From a virus (taxonomy: Duplodnaviria; Caudoviricetes): a DNA stretch of 64,000 nucleotides. Shown in pieces: positions 51,928-62,600 of this stretch. Each line of letters opens with the position of its first letter. The first letter of the stretch is position 1. Below the pieces are notes generated by a model. The model was not told where the DNA came from. It saw only the letters and a list, made by a program, of their open reading frames with translations, and made no database searches. The DNA is taken from positions 2,529 to 66,528 of the IMG/VR virus record IMGVR_UViG_3300037424_000117; one strand, given 5' to 3'. A program made the translations under genes and the position numbers.

Positions 51928-52515
51928 CTATTTCTCCTTCGGGTAGGTTTTCGCATCCCACTCGCGGATGCTGTCTAGGTCTGCTTTCCACTTGCCGCAC
52001 TGCTTCAGAATGTCGTCGTGGTTGGTGAGGATGGACTCGCGGGTAATCTCGGAAGCTCGGTAGTCGGGGCCAGCAACTCCCGAGGGATTCTCGGCGGCTC
52101 CGGGCACTCCTTGGTTTGCACGATCAATGGCGCTGTTCCACACGCGGCCAAACTCAACAGTAAAAACGGCAGGAGGCAGTGCCACCACCTTACCCATCGC
52201 GTCAGCATATTTTTCGGTTGCATCTCTGATCTCCTTGCGTCGTTGTGTCTCGGATATTTCCAGCTTCGCCTTGAGCGCTTGGTTCTTCGCGACCACGTCG
52301 CTGTTGATCTCGGCCTGCTTCGCAGCCGCTGCCTTCATGATGTCGATCGACGCCTTGTACTCGGCTGCGGCCTGCTCAACGGCGGCAGTCTTAGCAGCCT
52401 CGCACCCGCGCGAGACCCACTGCCCGCCGACGTACGCGGCGCCGATGAGCGCAGCGCCCGCGAGAGCGAGCTTCACGTACAGCATGTACGGGTTAAGACT
52501 TCCCAGCAGACTCAT
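51928..52515 (-). CDS. Rz: inner-membrane spanin
   Basis: N-terminal TM helix then coiled coil; Cys near the C-terminus; lysis cluster. Confidence 0.8.
   Translation of the reverse strand: MSLLGSLNPYMLYVKLALAGAALIGAAYVGGQWVSRGCEAAKTAAVEQAAAEYKASIDIMKAAAAKQAEINSDVVAKNQALKAKLEISETQRRKEIRDATEKYADAMGKVVALPPAVFTVEFGRVWNSAIDRANQGVPGAAENPSGVAGPDYRASEITRESILTNHDDILKQCGKWKADLDSIREWDAKTYPKEK
52005..52208 (-). CDS. Rz1: outer-membrane lipoprotein spanin embedded in Rz
   Basis: Signal peptide with lipobox LAAC, Pro-rich mature part, alternate frame inside Rz. Confidence 0.8.
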   Translation of the reverse strand: MLTRWVRWWHCLLPFLLLSLAACGTAPLIVQTKECPEPPRIPRELLAPTTELPRLPASPSSPTTTTF

Positions 52516-52741
52516 CGGTCTTGCCTCCAGCACGCATGTACAGCACCTTCTCGAACAGCTTCGGCGCGACGAGCGCGGACACGAGGATCAACAGAATCCA
52601 TTCCTTCTCCAGCACCGATGCGGCGAATGCGACCAGCATCCAGCAGATGATCGCCTTGCCGGCAACCGCGAAGATGCGGCCCTCGGAGAGTTCTCCGTCT
52701 TCGGTGCGGAACAGTTCGAGTGGGTTGCTTAGGAACTTCAT
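52493..52741 (-). CDS. holin-like protein (2 TM, 82 aa)
   Basis: Two hydrophobic helices, charged C-terminus, LS..R motif. Confidence 0.65.
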   Translation of the reverse strand: MKFLSNPLELFRTEDGELSEGRIFAVAGKAIICWMLVAFAASVLEKEWILLILVSALVAPKLFEKVLYMRAGGKTDESAGKS

Positions 52742-53169
52742 GTCAGTGACTCTTCCTCGTATGGATCGCCCGCCATTACTGTTGGCTTAGCTGCTGGGCG
52801 CTTCGTCGCGCCGCCTGCTAGGTTGGCTTTGATGCCGCGAGCTACCCCCTCAAATCCGGCGAACACTTGGTCTAGCGATGGCTTGGTTCTGGCGCCGCTC
52901 TTAGGACGCAGTGTCTTGTATACTGCATACGCCGGAATCGCGCCGGCCATCACAATGGGACCAGTTACTGGATTCTCTTGGACGTACTCCTGAGCAAACT
53001 CGCGGTGCTCAAATGGAGCGAGCACGGTTTGCATCGGATCATCGCTAGGCAGTCTCGCGCGCTGTTGCGCAAAGCTAGGCGAGGCGCCCGGTCCACCCGG
53101 AGGCAGCATCTCATCGTCGGCACTGTCTCCGAACAGTTTCGAAATGTATGACAGCAAGTCCGTTGGCAT
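52738..53169 (-). CDS. hypothetical protein in the lysis cluster (143 aa)
   Basis: Coupled at both ends; LAP.EHREFA motif. Confidence 0.6.
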   Translation of the reverse strand: MPTDLLSYISKLFGDSADDEMLPPGGPGASPSFAQQRARLPSDDPMQTVLAPFEHREFAQEYVQENPVTGPIVMAGAIPAYAVYKTLRPKSGARTKPSLDQVFAGFEGVARGIKANLAGGATKRPAAKPTVMAGDPYEEESLT

Positions 53170-53170
53170 G

Positions 53171-53734
53171 TTATTTCACCGCCCAGTTGAACAGCACGCC
53201 TGCGATCACATCGCACACGGCCATCGCGTTGTCATCAATCTTTCCACCCTCGTGAATGAAGTACGGCTCAAGGATCAGCGCCGTGCAGTTCGTCTTCGCG
53301 AGGAACGCATCCTTCACTTCGTCTCCGTCCACGTCGCCCTTGTAGTCTTCATGGCCGGGCAGGTCCATGCGGTACCAGCCGGGCTTCGCACCACGATTCG
53401 GTGCGCAGAACGTGCTGATCGCGCGCTGCACTTCGTCCGCCAGCGCTTCGCCCTTCTGGTTGCCGGGGCAGTACAGCGTCTCGCTGCCCTTGCCCTTGCG
53501 GCCCGGATCGCTGTTGAAGTGCACCTCGACCGCGAGAGTGCACTTGGCGGCGTTGATCTGGGCGATCTTCTTGGTCAACGTCGCCGGGGTAACGACCACC
53601 ACTCCCGCGCCTCGGTTGCTCAAGTACGAACCTATCAGGTCACGCCATTCGAGCGCCTTCGCGTGCTCGGTGTACTGGCCCCACACGGCGCCGGGCGCTG
53701 CTGGGTAATGCCCTGCGGATACGGCGATCTTCAT
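53171..53734 (-). CDS. endolysin, N-acetylmuramoyl-L-alanine amidase (Amidase_3)
   Basis: IAVSAGH, E, VEVHFNS, GSET, ILEPYFI zinc-amidase motifs. Confidence 0.9.
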   Translation of the reverse strand: MKIAVSAGHYPAAPGAVWGQYTEHAKALEWRDLIGSYLSNRGAGVVVVTPATLTKKIAQINAAKCTLAVEVHFNSDPGRKGKGSETLYCPGNQKGEALADEVQRAISTFCAPNRGAKPGWYRMDLPGHEDYKGDVDGDEVKDAFLAKTNCTALILEPYFIHEGGKIDDNAMAVCDVIAGVLFNWAVK

Positions 53735-53910
53735 CTCTTGAAATGCTTCTTCACAGCGGCCACCATCTTGGGCCATTCAATCACAATCCGCATGAGCGTA
53801 TAAATCCCGGTCAGGATCAGAACGATCGACGGGAGACTAAGCATCACTGAAGCGATCGTGGTCGTCGCGACAGCGACATCGAGCGTATTCTGAACTGCCT
53901 CGGCACTCAT
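53731..53910 (-). CDS. small membrane protein, holin/antiholin candidate (59 aa)
   Basis: Hydrophobic core, basic C-terminus; ATGA coupling to the endolysin. Confidence 0.6.
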   Translation of the reverse strand: MSAEAVQNTLDVAVATTTIASVMLSLPSIVLILTGIYTLMRIVIEWPKMVAAVKKHFKR

Positions 53911-53944
53911 TCGAAACTCCTTTTTTGGATGAACGATCATTATA

Positions 53945-55795
53945 TCACCAACTTGGCCCGGCATTTGACAATACCCACTCTGACTTTTTGACTGGGGTAT
54001 CGCGCTCAACTCCGCTCACTTTTGTAAGAACCCACATTACCGGTCGCGCTGCAACTCTGAAGAAGCCTATAGCAATCGCAGTAAACTGTAATAGCTGTGA
54101 GTTTAAAGCGCCAGCGAAACTTAGGGTGGCTGTCATGGAGTGGAAGTATTGCGTCCCAGACGCCACTATGTTGCCTGATAAAGCGCCTACGAATTCTACA
54201 GCGGCGGCGAGGGCACGCGATGTGCGCTTGTTAAGCGATCCCACAAACGATAGAGATGCAGCAGTAACTTTATCAGTACGTTTGGTCAACGAGCCAGCAA
54301 AGCTGAGTGCACCAGCCATAGTTGTAGATGAGTTCTTGGACATGTCGCCGACAAAACTTACGGCGGCTGTCATGACTCGTGAAGTATGCTTGTTCATATT
54401 GCCAACGAAACTAAGCGCGGCGCTCATCGAGTGCTGGTAGACAATAGGCCCACCCACTAGATTGCCCATGAAGTCGCCGACGAAATTCAGGGCGGCTGTC
54501 AGCACATGAGATGTGTGTTTGCGCAAATTGCCGGCGAAGCTCAGCGTGGCGTCCGCAGTCTTCCCAACGCGCTTGCTTAGGTTTCCGACGAAACTCGCAG
54601 CGGCTGTTAGGGCTCGCGAGGTCTGCTTGTTCAACGATCCTACGAAGCTCAAGGACGCCGGCATGTCTCGTGATGTGTGCTTAGTCAGCGAGCCGACGAA
54701 GCTCAGCGTGGCGGCGAGGGCCATCGTTACCAGACGTGATGCCGCAATGTCGCCAACGAAACTCAGCGTAGCTGTAAGGGCACGCGAGGTGCTCTTGTTC
54801 AGCGCGCCGACGAAATTCAGCGCGGCGGTGATGGCACGCGAGGTGCTCTTGTTCAGCGCACCAATAAAACTCAGCGCGCCGGATGTAGCTTTTCCAGTGA
54901 GCTTCGTCATACTGCCGACAAACGCCAACGTGGCTGTCAGTGATTGCAAGAACGGCCCGAACCCATCTGTTGGGCTAGTTGAACATGTAACCAGCGTTCC
55001 GGTAATGGTAAAGTCGCCACCGGTCCCTCTGTTCGTGGCAAAGTTGGCAACTGCCTCATCATCATCTAGGTGCTGATATATGGCCGGCGCTGTGCCGGTA
55101 GGGAGAGAGCCATCACTGCCGAGGTCAGCAGGCGAACCACTAGCGAGAATAAATCTGCGGCGCTTTAGTACGTTAGTGATGTCTAGGTACTGTCCGGGAG
55201 CGAAGTAAAACTCTGACAAGCAGCCCTCGAACCTGTCGGTACTAGCATCAAAGCCGCCAATATGCCAAGTGGTGCAATTTTGAAAACTGAATGTCGAGGT
55301 GGCGTCGATGGTAGGCTCTGGAAGAGTCACCCTAACATCGTCCACATATACGTGCACTTGGCTACTAGCAACATCCCACGCGATAAGAAGGTGGTGCCAC
55401 TCTGAACCGGCGACATAAGGGCCAAGGGCACCAGTAGCTAGCTGCGTGGTCGCGGATTCACCAAGAGAAATACCGATGCTGCCATCTGAAAACCGGGCGA
55501 TGCTAATATCCGGGTCTTGGTCAGAAGCATCCATGCCATGCAAAAAGTACAGGTTGTTGGCGTCGCCGCTGTCCAACCTGAACCACACAGAGAATATTCC
55601 CGTCTTAGCCGCAGCCACGCCGGACAGGGCGGACGCACGCGACATGATGTCTGTGCCGTCAAAGTCAGCGGCATCAGATGCAGCAAGCGGAGTATCAAAC
55701 TCTGCTTCTGCGGTTATTGGTAGCGGGTAAAAGCGCGAGAGCCATCTAACAGAACCGAGGCTAGTGTTCGGACTATATAGTCCGTTCGGGTTCAC
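53945..55795 (-). CDS. tail fibre protein: LamG domain + 18-aa repeats (616 aa)
   Basis: FSVWF...WHHLLIAWD...F.GCLSEFY LamG pattern; about 16 copies of LSFVGSLNKxTSRxxTAA. Confidence 0.75.
   Translation of the reverse strand: MNPNGLYSPNTSLGSVRWLSRFYPLPITAEAEFDTPLAASDAADFDGTDIMSRASALSGVAAAKTGIFSVWFRLDSGDANNLYFLHGMDASDQDPDISIARFSDGSIGISLGESATTQLATGALGPYVAGSEWHHLLIAWDVASSQVHVYVDDVRVTLPEPTIDATSTFSFQNCTTWHIGGFDASTDRFEGCLSEFYFAPGQYLDITNVLKRRRFILASGSPADLGSDGSLPTGTAPAIYQHLDDDEAVANFATNRGTGGDFTITGTLVTCSTSPTDGFGPFLQSLTATLAFVGSMTKLTGKATSGALSFIGALNKSTSRAITAALNFVGALNKSTSRALTATLSFVGDIAASRLVTMALAATLSFVGSLTKHTSRDMPASLSFVGSLNKQTSRALTAAASFVGNLSKRVGKTADATLSFAGNLRKHTSHVLTAALNFVGDFMGNLVGGPIVYQHSMSAALSFVGNMNKHTSRVMTAAVSFVGDMSKNSSTTMAGALSFAGSLTKRTDKVTAASLSFVGSLNKRTSRALAAAVEFVGALSGNIVASGTQYFHSMTATLSFAGALNSQLLQFTAIAIGFFRVAARPVMWVLTKVSGVERDTPVKKSEWVLSNAGPSW
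54110..54940 (-). repeat. 54-bp tandem coding repeat
   Basis: e.g. cacgcgaggtgctcttgttcagcgc at 54781 and 54835. Confidence 0.8.
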
Positions 55796-56925
55796 GTTGG
55801 CACCACTACTACGTGGCCTTTAACCTGTCTAGCCGAGCCGATGCTAATTGGCTCCATGATCGCAAGGCAGGCACTCGGTGCCACCCGCGCCAACTGAAAC
55901 ACGGATAGCACACCATCCATAATCGTAAACGCCGCGCCACCGGGGTAGTATATAGGCATCCATACCAACGGGTGACCAATCACAAAATTCACGGCCCCGG
56001 AAGCCAGTGTAGCTGACAACTGAATCTGAGTAAGGTTCTGGATGCCAATGTCGCCCGTCGCTAGTGGACAGAACCAACGGCTAAGCGGATGGTCTAGTCG
56101 TGCGGCCACAGCAGAAGCTATTCCGGTTACCGATGGTAGAGTGGCGCCCGTATTACCAGACTGATCTGTGTAGGTGCAAACGGTCCAGTTGTGCGCGGTA
56201 GCAGCAAGGACTGTGGTGACCACAATCATGAGAAAGTTATTCGCTGCACTGTCATCATTGCCCGCAGTTGTGCTTTGGTATCGACCCGGCGTTCCGTTTA
56301 CGGATTGAGTAGCAGTAGTGTTCAGTGCGGGCGTGACTGAAAACAACCGGTCGTATAGCAGCAGATTCTGAACGCTGGTGTTGGTTGCTTCTTCCAGCAA
56401 ACCTTGAACAGAAGCAACGCGCATTGTCTCCGAGGTAGTGAGGTCATGTAGGCCCAAAGCCCCGGTATTTGTTATGTCGTTCGCAGTTCCGTTCGGCACT
56501 GCTGCTCCTGCTGCCCCGGCTGGTGGAAGCGCGCCCACTCCCCATAGGTCTTGTCCCGCGCCAGCGGCGGTACCAACAGTCTGCTTTCTAAACGGCGCTA
56601 CCTGTGATCGAGCCTGCGCGTTGAATAGCAATCCAGTGAGGCCGATATTCAATTGGCCGAACTGCTGTCTGCGACTCGCTCGCCACCAGTGCGACGCTTT
56701 CTCTGCTAGTAAGTCTGCATAAGAAGCAAATTGACCACCGGGCAGGTGACCAACGAAGTCGCCGTCGCGAGTAGCCAGCACTCTACCGTGAGCGCCTGAA
56801 GCGCCCGCCACCGGGATATGCCCACCGTACCATTGCGCCTCGGGATTGCGCATGGAAGTGGAAACCAAGTTGACGTACTCAGCGCCGTACCAGCGCTCAA
56901 GTCGATCTGAAGGAATGTGTTTCAT
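55792..56925 (-). CDS. virion/tail protein, paralogue A (377 aa)
   Basis: Shares HIPS..LERW, LYDR.F, RYQSTTAG, WFCPL..GD.GI with the neighbour. Confidence 0.7.
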   Translation of the reverse strand: MKHIPSDRLERWYGAEYVNLVSTSMRNPEAQWYGGHIPVAGASGAHGRVLATRDGDFVGHLPGGQFASYADLLAEKASHWWRASRRQQFGQLNIGLTGLLFNAQARSQVAPFRKQTVGTAAGAGQDLWGVGALPPAGAAGAAVPNGTANDITNTGALGLHDLTTSETMRVASVQGLLEEATNTSVQNLLLYDRLFSVTPALNTTATQSVNGTPGRYQSTTAGNDDSAANNFLMIVVTTVLAATAHNWTVCTYTDQSGNTGATLPSVTGIASAVAARLDHPLSRWFCPLATGDIGIQNLTQIQLSATLASGAVNFVIGHPLVWMPIYYPGGAAFTIMDGVLSVFQLARVAPSACLAIMEPISIGSARQVKGHVVVVPT

Positions 56926-58049
56926 CCGGCAAGGGCTATGACGTGAGCGTTGTAATTGGTAGCTGTCGTAGCAACAGACAAAGGTTGCAGAAGCGCCAGC
57001 GCGGCATCATCAAATATCCGCACCAGAGAGTTGATAGAATTCACCCCGTCCATCACCGTAACGGCATTAGCCAGCCCCATAGGTATCCATCCGAGCGGAT
57101 GACCAATGACAAAGTTAATAACCCCGGTAGCCACGGACGCTGAGCAATCAATTTCGTTCAGGTCTGCTATTCCGGTATCGCCCGATCCTAGTGGACAGAA
57201 CCACTGACCAAGCGGTTGGTCGAGGCGTCTCACGATCGCGGCAGAGTTTCCTGTTACCTGCGGCAGAGTCTGAGCATCGTTGCCCGCCTGATCGCGATAT
57301 AGCGCGTTCCAGTTGTGCGCTGTCGCTGCAAGCGCCGTGCCTCCCACTTCGATCATCAGGAAGTTGCCTTCCGCGCTGTCGGCTGCTCCTGCTGTGGTGC
57401 TCTGATAGCGCGTGGGAACTCCGGTCACAGATTCATTGACGGTGGAGGCCATAGTCTTGTTGACGTGGAAAGTACGGTCGTACAAGAGCATCGCGTTCTG
57501 GCCTACGCTACCCGTGCCGAACAGGCCGGTGATGTGTGTGGTCAAAGCCCCACCGGGGGCTGCAAAAGGAATAGCACCCGTTGTGCCACTACCGGTAGGT
57601 GCCGCACCCCCCGGTGCGTTAGCAGCGTTCGCTCCAGCCGCAGGATGCTGACCGACTCCGAATAGACTCGTCGTGCCGTTCACTACCGACGTAACGCCGG
57701 TTTTCTGCCAGAAAAATTCACGGCGCTGGCCGGGAGTAGTAGCCGCAGCAATGAGCGCGTCGAAGTCAGCAATGGCTTTCAGCGAGTGCCCTTGGCTACG
57801 TGCTAGACGCTTCAGGTATTGTTTGGTGCGATCAACCTGATACTCGAACATGGATACGAAATCGCCGCCATTCAGGCGCCCGACAAAGTCGCCGTCGCGA
57901 GTGGCATAGACAGCACTTCCGCGTGGCATGCTGCCCACGGAGATGTGCGGGCCATACCACTTTGCTGCCGGGTTATTCATGCAGCGCGAGATGTGCTCCG
58001 CATTCCCACCGAGCCAGCGTTCGAGCTTACCTGACGGGATGTGTCTCAC
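56922..58049 (-). CDS. virion/tail protein, paralogue B (375 aa)
   Basis: Same shared motifs; ATGA coupling. Confidence 0.7.
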   Translation of the reverse strand: MRHIPSGKLERWLGGNAEHISRCMNNPAAKWYGPHISVGSMPRGSAVYATRDGDFVGRLNGGDFVSMFEYQVDRTKQYLKRLARSQGHSLKAIADFDALIAAATTPGQRREFFWQKTGVTSVVNGTTSLFGVGQHPAAGANAANAPGGAAPTGSGTTGAIPFAAPGGALTTHITGLFGTGSVGQNAMLLYDRTFHVNKTMASTVNESVTGVPTRYQSTTAGAADSAEGNFLMIEVGGTALAATAHNWNALYRDQAGNDAQTLPQVTGNSAAIVRRLDQPLGQWFCPLGSGDTGIADLNEIDCSASVATGVINFVIGHPLGWIPMGLANAVTVMDGVNSINSLVRIFDDAALALLQPLSVATTATNYNAHVIALAG

Positions 58050-58369
58050 TTGGATACCTTTTTTGGTTCGTCCCTCAGCGCCTTCAGAGCATCACCCTCA
58101 GCGCTGGTGATTGTACCCGCAGCCACTGCCGCATCCACATCCACGGTCTTCAGCATGGTTTGTAGCAGTTCTCTGGTAGATGTTTCGCTGACCGTATCTG
58201 GGCACTCGTTGGGCTCGACGTACTTGTCAATATCTACCGGATGCTCAGTAGCTGAGGCCCACGGATTACCTATGCCCTGCTTGTTGAACCCAATGATGGC
58301 CGGGCACTGAGTGCACTTCCATACGTGGTCATTGCCATCCTCGTGCGAATAGGCCCAGTTGTGTTTCAT
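58046..58369 (-). CDS. hypothetical protein (107 aa)
   Basis: RBS aggagg; H.W...C..C. Confidence 0.65.
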   Translation of the reverse strand: MKHNWAYSHEDGNDHVWKCTQCPAIIGFNKQGIGNPWASATEHPVDIDKYVEPNECPDTVSETSTRELLQTMLKTVDVDAAVAAGTITSAEGDALKALRDEPKKVSK

Positions 58370-58396
58370 CTCTTCTCCTCTCCTTACGTTCGGCTC

Positions 58397-59236
58397 TTAG
58401 CCGCCCGAAGAAATGGTCAGGGTGTATGTAAACTGGATCGAGTCGAGGTTGACGACGTTGATCGCCGAGAACACCTTGTGATCCCACATGACCGGACGCA
58501 GCGTGTATGTTTCCGTGCTGCCCGGAGTCGAACCAATGACGCCGGTCGTCGATACCATCCAGCCAGAGGCAGCGCTGTTTGAGAGCGTAACCACGCTGGT
58601 AGTGTTCGACGTGATGAGCGCGATGCGCGGAGTCGTCGTGGTATTGATGACGTGTTGTTGCTCGCCCTGAACAGTCGAGCTTGACGCTGTCAGCGGAGTG
58701 CCGGTAACTGTGCCGGTATTCGCTGTGGTCGCTGTGAACGGCGAGCCAGTGGTGCGCGCCAATGTGGCATCGTTGAAGAAACCCCACTCAGTAACCGCTT
58801 CCGAGCCGGTGTACGCGATGGTCGCAACGGACACGATCTTCTGCACCGTACCGGTCTGATCGTGTGTGAACACTTGAGTTCCAGCCACCGGAGTCTCGCC
58901 GCCCACTGTGGAGTCGGTCTCAATACGGTAGTCAGCGATGGCGGCGGCTGTTGTGCCCTTGCCCGACGCGTGGTACTTCAGCAGCTTGAACAGGTTGACG
59001 GCAGCGGCTGACGGAGATGCCCAGAGCATGTCACCGCACAGCGCAAGAACGCCGATGTTGGTAACGAGGCCGGAGCCGAGGTTGCGGTGGCCCTGATGTT
59101 TGCCACGGTGAAACAAGTCAGCGCGCAGGTTAGTACCGAACTGCAATCCGCCGATGTGCTGAGCAGAGCCTTCTGGTTCGTGGCCGATCACAATACGACC
59201 GGCGCCGAACGGCAATGCGATGATCTTACTTTTCAT
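58397..59236 (-). CDS. structural protein (279 aa, start MKSKIIALPF)
   Basis: GLVTN.G...GTTAA, VTEWG.FN, WDH.VF..INV..DSI.FTY pattern. Confidence 0.7.
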   Translation of the reverse strand: MKSKIIALPFGAGRIVIGHEPEGSAQHIGGLQFGTNLRADLFHRGKHQGHRNLGSGLVTNIGVLALCGDMLWASPSAAAVNLFKLLKYHASGKGTTAAAIADYRIETDSTVGGETPVAGTQVFTHDQTGTVQKIVSVATIAYTGSEAVTEWGFFNDATLARTTGSPFTATTANTGTVTGTPLTASSSTVQGEQQHVINTTTTPRIALITSNTTSVVTLSNSAASGWMVSTTGVIGSTPGSTETYTLRPVMWDHKVFSAINVVNLDSIQFTYTLTISSGG

Positions 59237-59354
59237 GATGTATCCATCCTCTAAAAATATCGGGCAAGAACAGGGCAGCACGGCGCCACCACGGTCCACC
59301 ACGAATTACTCTTACTGACAATTTGCCGCCGAATGCTGCGCTTGATTCCATGTT

Positions 59355-59642
59355 TTACGCTCTGTCGAACACGTTTAGTCGTCCTTCGCCCTCAACCGTA
59401 TTACCGTCACTGTCAACGATAACTATTGTTATGAGGTGCGATGCCAGATTTGTTCCGCCACTTATGCGCTGGAACACCTTCTTGCCTACCGCTGTTGCTG
59501 ATCCAACAAGTGTGAGGCCAGCCGGCGTTGCTGTGATGCTTGTGATAGATGCTATTGTGGCCGACGACGCAATTCTCGCGGTGAAATTCATCGAAAATAT
59601 CTTCGATTCGCCGGGTTGCTTTTCCAGAGTAGGGATGCTCAT
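59355..59642 (-). CDS. tail-fibre adaptor-like protein (95 aa)
   Basis: KQPGE...SMNF...ISGG......IT...DS.G..VE pattern. Confidence 0.7.
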   Translation of the reverse strand: MSIPTLEKQPGESKIFSMNFTARIASSATIASITSITATPAGLTLVGSATAVGKKVFQRISGGTNLASHLITIVIVDSDGNTVEGEGRLNVFDRA

Positions 59643-59660
59643 AGTCCACCTATTATACCT

Positions 59661-62600
59661 TTATCTGTCAGTGCCGTAAAGCTGGGTTAGCGACTCCGAA
59701 CCGCCACGAAGTGCGCGTGGCAGGAGCAGCAAATTACGTTGGTTCAGTGGCAATCCGTTCAAAGCGATGGTACGACGCAGGGACGATCCGCTGATTGCCA
59801 TCGGCATCTCCGGGTTCGCGCGGTTCCACGCCCCGATGAATTCCACGGCTTCTTTCACGCGGTCAGCATTGCCGTCGCGAACGCCCCTGATAATATCGTT
59901 CGTAATTTCCTTCTGGGCTTCCTTGTAGAACGCGGACTGCGCTTTGTCGATGCGGTCAATCTCGTAGGCATTTGACAACGCGCTGCTGCTGAACCCGAGG
60001 GTCTGCGAGAACGATTCCCATGACGAGGCCGGCACGATCTTGCGACCGCCGATGTCAGATGCGTAGCCGTCTTGGAACGACTGCACACCCTTGATCAAGT
60101 TCTGCGCGGCCAGCGGCCCGCCGACTTTCATGGCTTCCACGAACTCGCCACGGCTCAGCGCGTCGATGCCGTTCAGCCAACCGGTGGCGATGGACCCACC
60201 CGGCCCGAGCACTTCGCTCATGACCTTCTTGTAATCTGCGTCCGCAGCGCCGATGCGCGTGCCCGGCAGAATGTTGCCCAGCCCAACGCGGCTCGCGAAG
60301 TTCAGGCCGGTGAGTTGGTTGGCAAAGCCGTGCATCATCACGCCGCTAAGGTCCACGCCAACAACGGTCTCGCTGGCCGACTTGAACATGTTGCGCATCG
60401 CGCGCTTCGAATTGAACGGCGAGCCGAATACGCGCTGGGCGATCGTGTCGATGATGTCTTCAATATCCTCAGCGAACGGCATGCCTTCCACGCCGGCCAC
60501 TGCGGTCAGGCTCAGCAGCATGATCACCGCCGCCTTCGGATTCGTCTTCGACAGGTGGATCATCGTCTCCAGCATGAACAGCGGATACGCCTTGAACGTG
60601 AACAGCAGCGCGCCCACCGGGCCACGCGCGAGAGCGGGACGGTTCGCTTCGTCGTACCGACCTTGCGTCAGGGCCACGGCCTGCTGCGCGAACTTGTACA
60701 GCTTATCGCCGGCCAGATTGTTTTCCTGTCCGATCTTGTAGGCGGCGATGAAGGTCGAGATGCGGTTCCACTGCTCCGTGATCCGGAACGGTGCCATCCA
60801 CACCTCAGCCGCCTTGCGCACGCCACGGCTCATCGACAGCGTGCGGGCGCGCGTCAGACCCATGATCTGGTAGATTTCCGTGTCGAGCGTCGTGCCATCC
60901 TGCACCGCCACTGTGAGCGCGGCGCGGAGGCCGGGCACGCTGTCCACGTCAGGGATCGCGTGGCTCAAGTCCTGCAACGTGTTGATGTCCGTCAACGCCA
61001 CGTGGTTCGTAGCCGCCACCTTCAGCGCGCCGAAGGTCTTGCTGAGCGCGTTCGTGTACCCCGTGAAAGCGGACAGGTACGGCGTTGTGTTCATCGCCAG
61101 CGAGCTTAGCTGTACCGCGCCAGCAGATAGCGAGCCACCGAGGAATTGGAGCGTCGCAGCGGCACGAAGCGTGCTGGAGATTTTGTTACCGGGGTTGGGT
61201 GAGGTAACGAAGTCGGTTGTGTTGTCGGCGAGGTTGCGGTAGAATCCGGAGAGTTCTCCGTCTTCGCGCCATGCGTTTGTTCCTTCATAGATGTTGATCT
61301 CCGGTTGTCCATCGACACCGAACTTGCTCTGCACCACGGTGCCCTTCAGCGAGTCCTGAATAGCGGCGCCGAACTCGCTGTACGCGATCTTGTTCGCCAT
61401 CGTCACGCCGAACTCGGCGAGGATACGCTCGCCGTCTTCGCTGAAGCCCGGTATGTTCTTGCGGCGGAAAATGCGGTTGCGGCGCACGGAGTCGGACGCG
61501 ATCATTGACTTCGCCAAGCGCTCGCGTTCGGCCTGCGTCAACTCGATGCCGTTGCGGCGGGCCATGTCGAGGAATTGCTGGAAGCTCACGCTGCCATCGT
61601 ACTCGGCCTTGTACTTGAAAGTGTATTCTGTCTTGATGTCAGGGAAGTCCTTGAGCACGGCGTTGAGCGCGGCTATGCGACGCTCTGCCTCGCCGCGATG
61701 CTCGTTCAATTCGTAGTTAAGTGTCAGGCGCTTGCCGTCAACCTCGATGTACGTGTGCACACCGTGGTCGCCGTAACGGCGCTCAGGGAAGTAGCCGTCG
61801 TTGATCAACTGCGCAACCTGAATCGCGCGGGCGCCCTCCCACTCGGCGTACTGCTTGCTGTCCAGCCCGAGCAGTTTCGAGAAGGTGCGCTTGTCCGCCT
61901 CGAACTCCGCGTTCAGGCGGTCGGCGATCATGTCAGTAGCCTGTTTAAACATCGCGCGTTCCTTGGCGTCCAGCTTCGTAATGATGCGCTGCATGTCGGC
62001 GGAGTCGAGCGCGTAGGCATTCACCGTGCGCTCCAACAAAGCACGCGTCGTATTCTCGAAGTTCGCTGTGGTAGCGCCCTTGCGCCACTCGCTCAGCTTG
62101 CCATCCACGCTATCCACGATCAGGCGGTCCTTGCGCTGATTGTAGGAAGTCAGCACGTCGAACACGTTCTTGTAGCCGGCAGACTTGCGCGAGAGCGCTA
62201 GACCGCTGGACACGTTCTCGTCATAGAAGGTCTTGAACGACGAGGTCGTGCCGTGTGCGTAACCTTTAATGGTGTTGCCCAACACGGCGCGCTGCATGTC
62301 TTCCGGAATCTCGGCGCTGTCGATGATCTTGCCAAGCACGCTGTGCATCTGCGTAAGCTGCGCTTCACCGCGCTTGGCTTCGGTGATCAGATCGGCGAGC
62401 GCGGCGCGGCTGTAGAACCGCAGCGTGCCTTGATCTGGCTCCACGTCCGTGCGCACGATGTCGCCGTCGATCGGCTCATCGCTCATGTCAACGGCTGCGT
62501 GCGCCGGGATTTTTCCGTCGCGCACGTACTCGCGGATCGCGATGCCGTAGTTGTAGCGAGCCTTCTCGTATTCAACTGGGTCGAGCGGAACCGACAACGC

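Noticed and set aside
51928-53910. Embedded Rz1 and two holin-like genes
   Set aside because: Standard lysis architecture for Gram-negative hosts.
53945-58049. Diversity-generating retroelement acting on tail genes
   Set aside because: No reverse transcriptase and no template/variable repeat pair differing at adenines.
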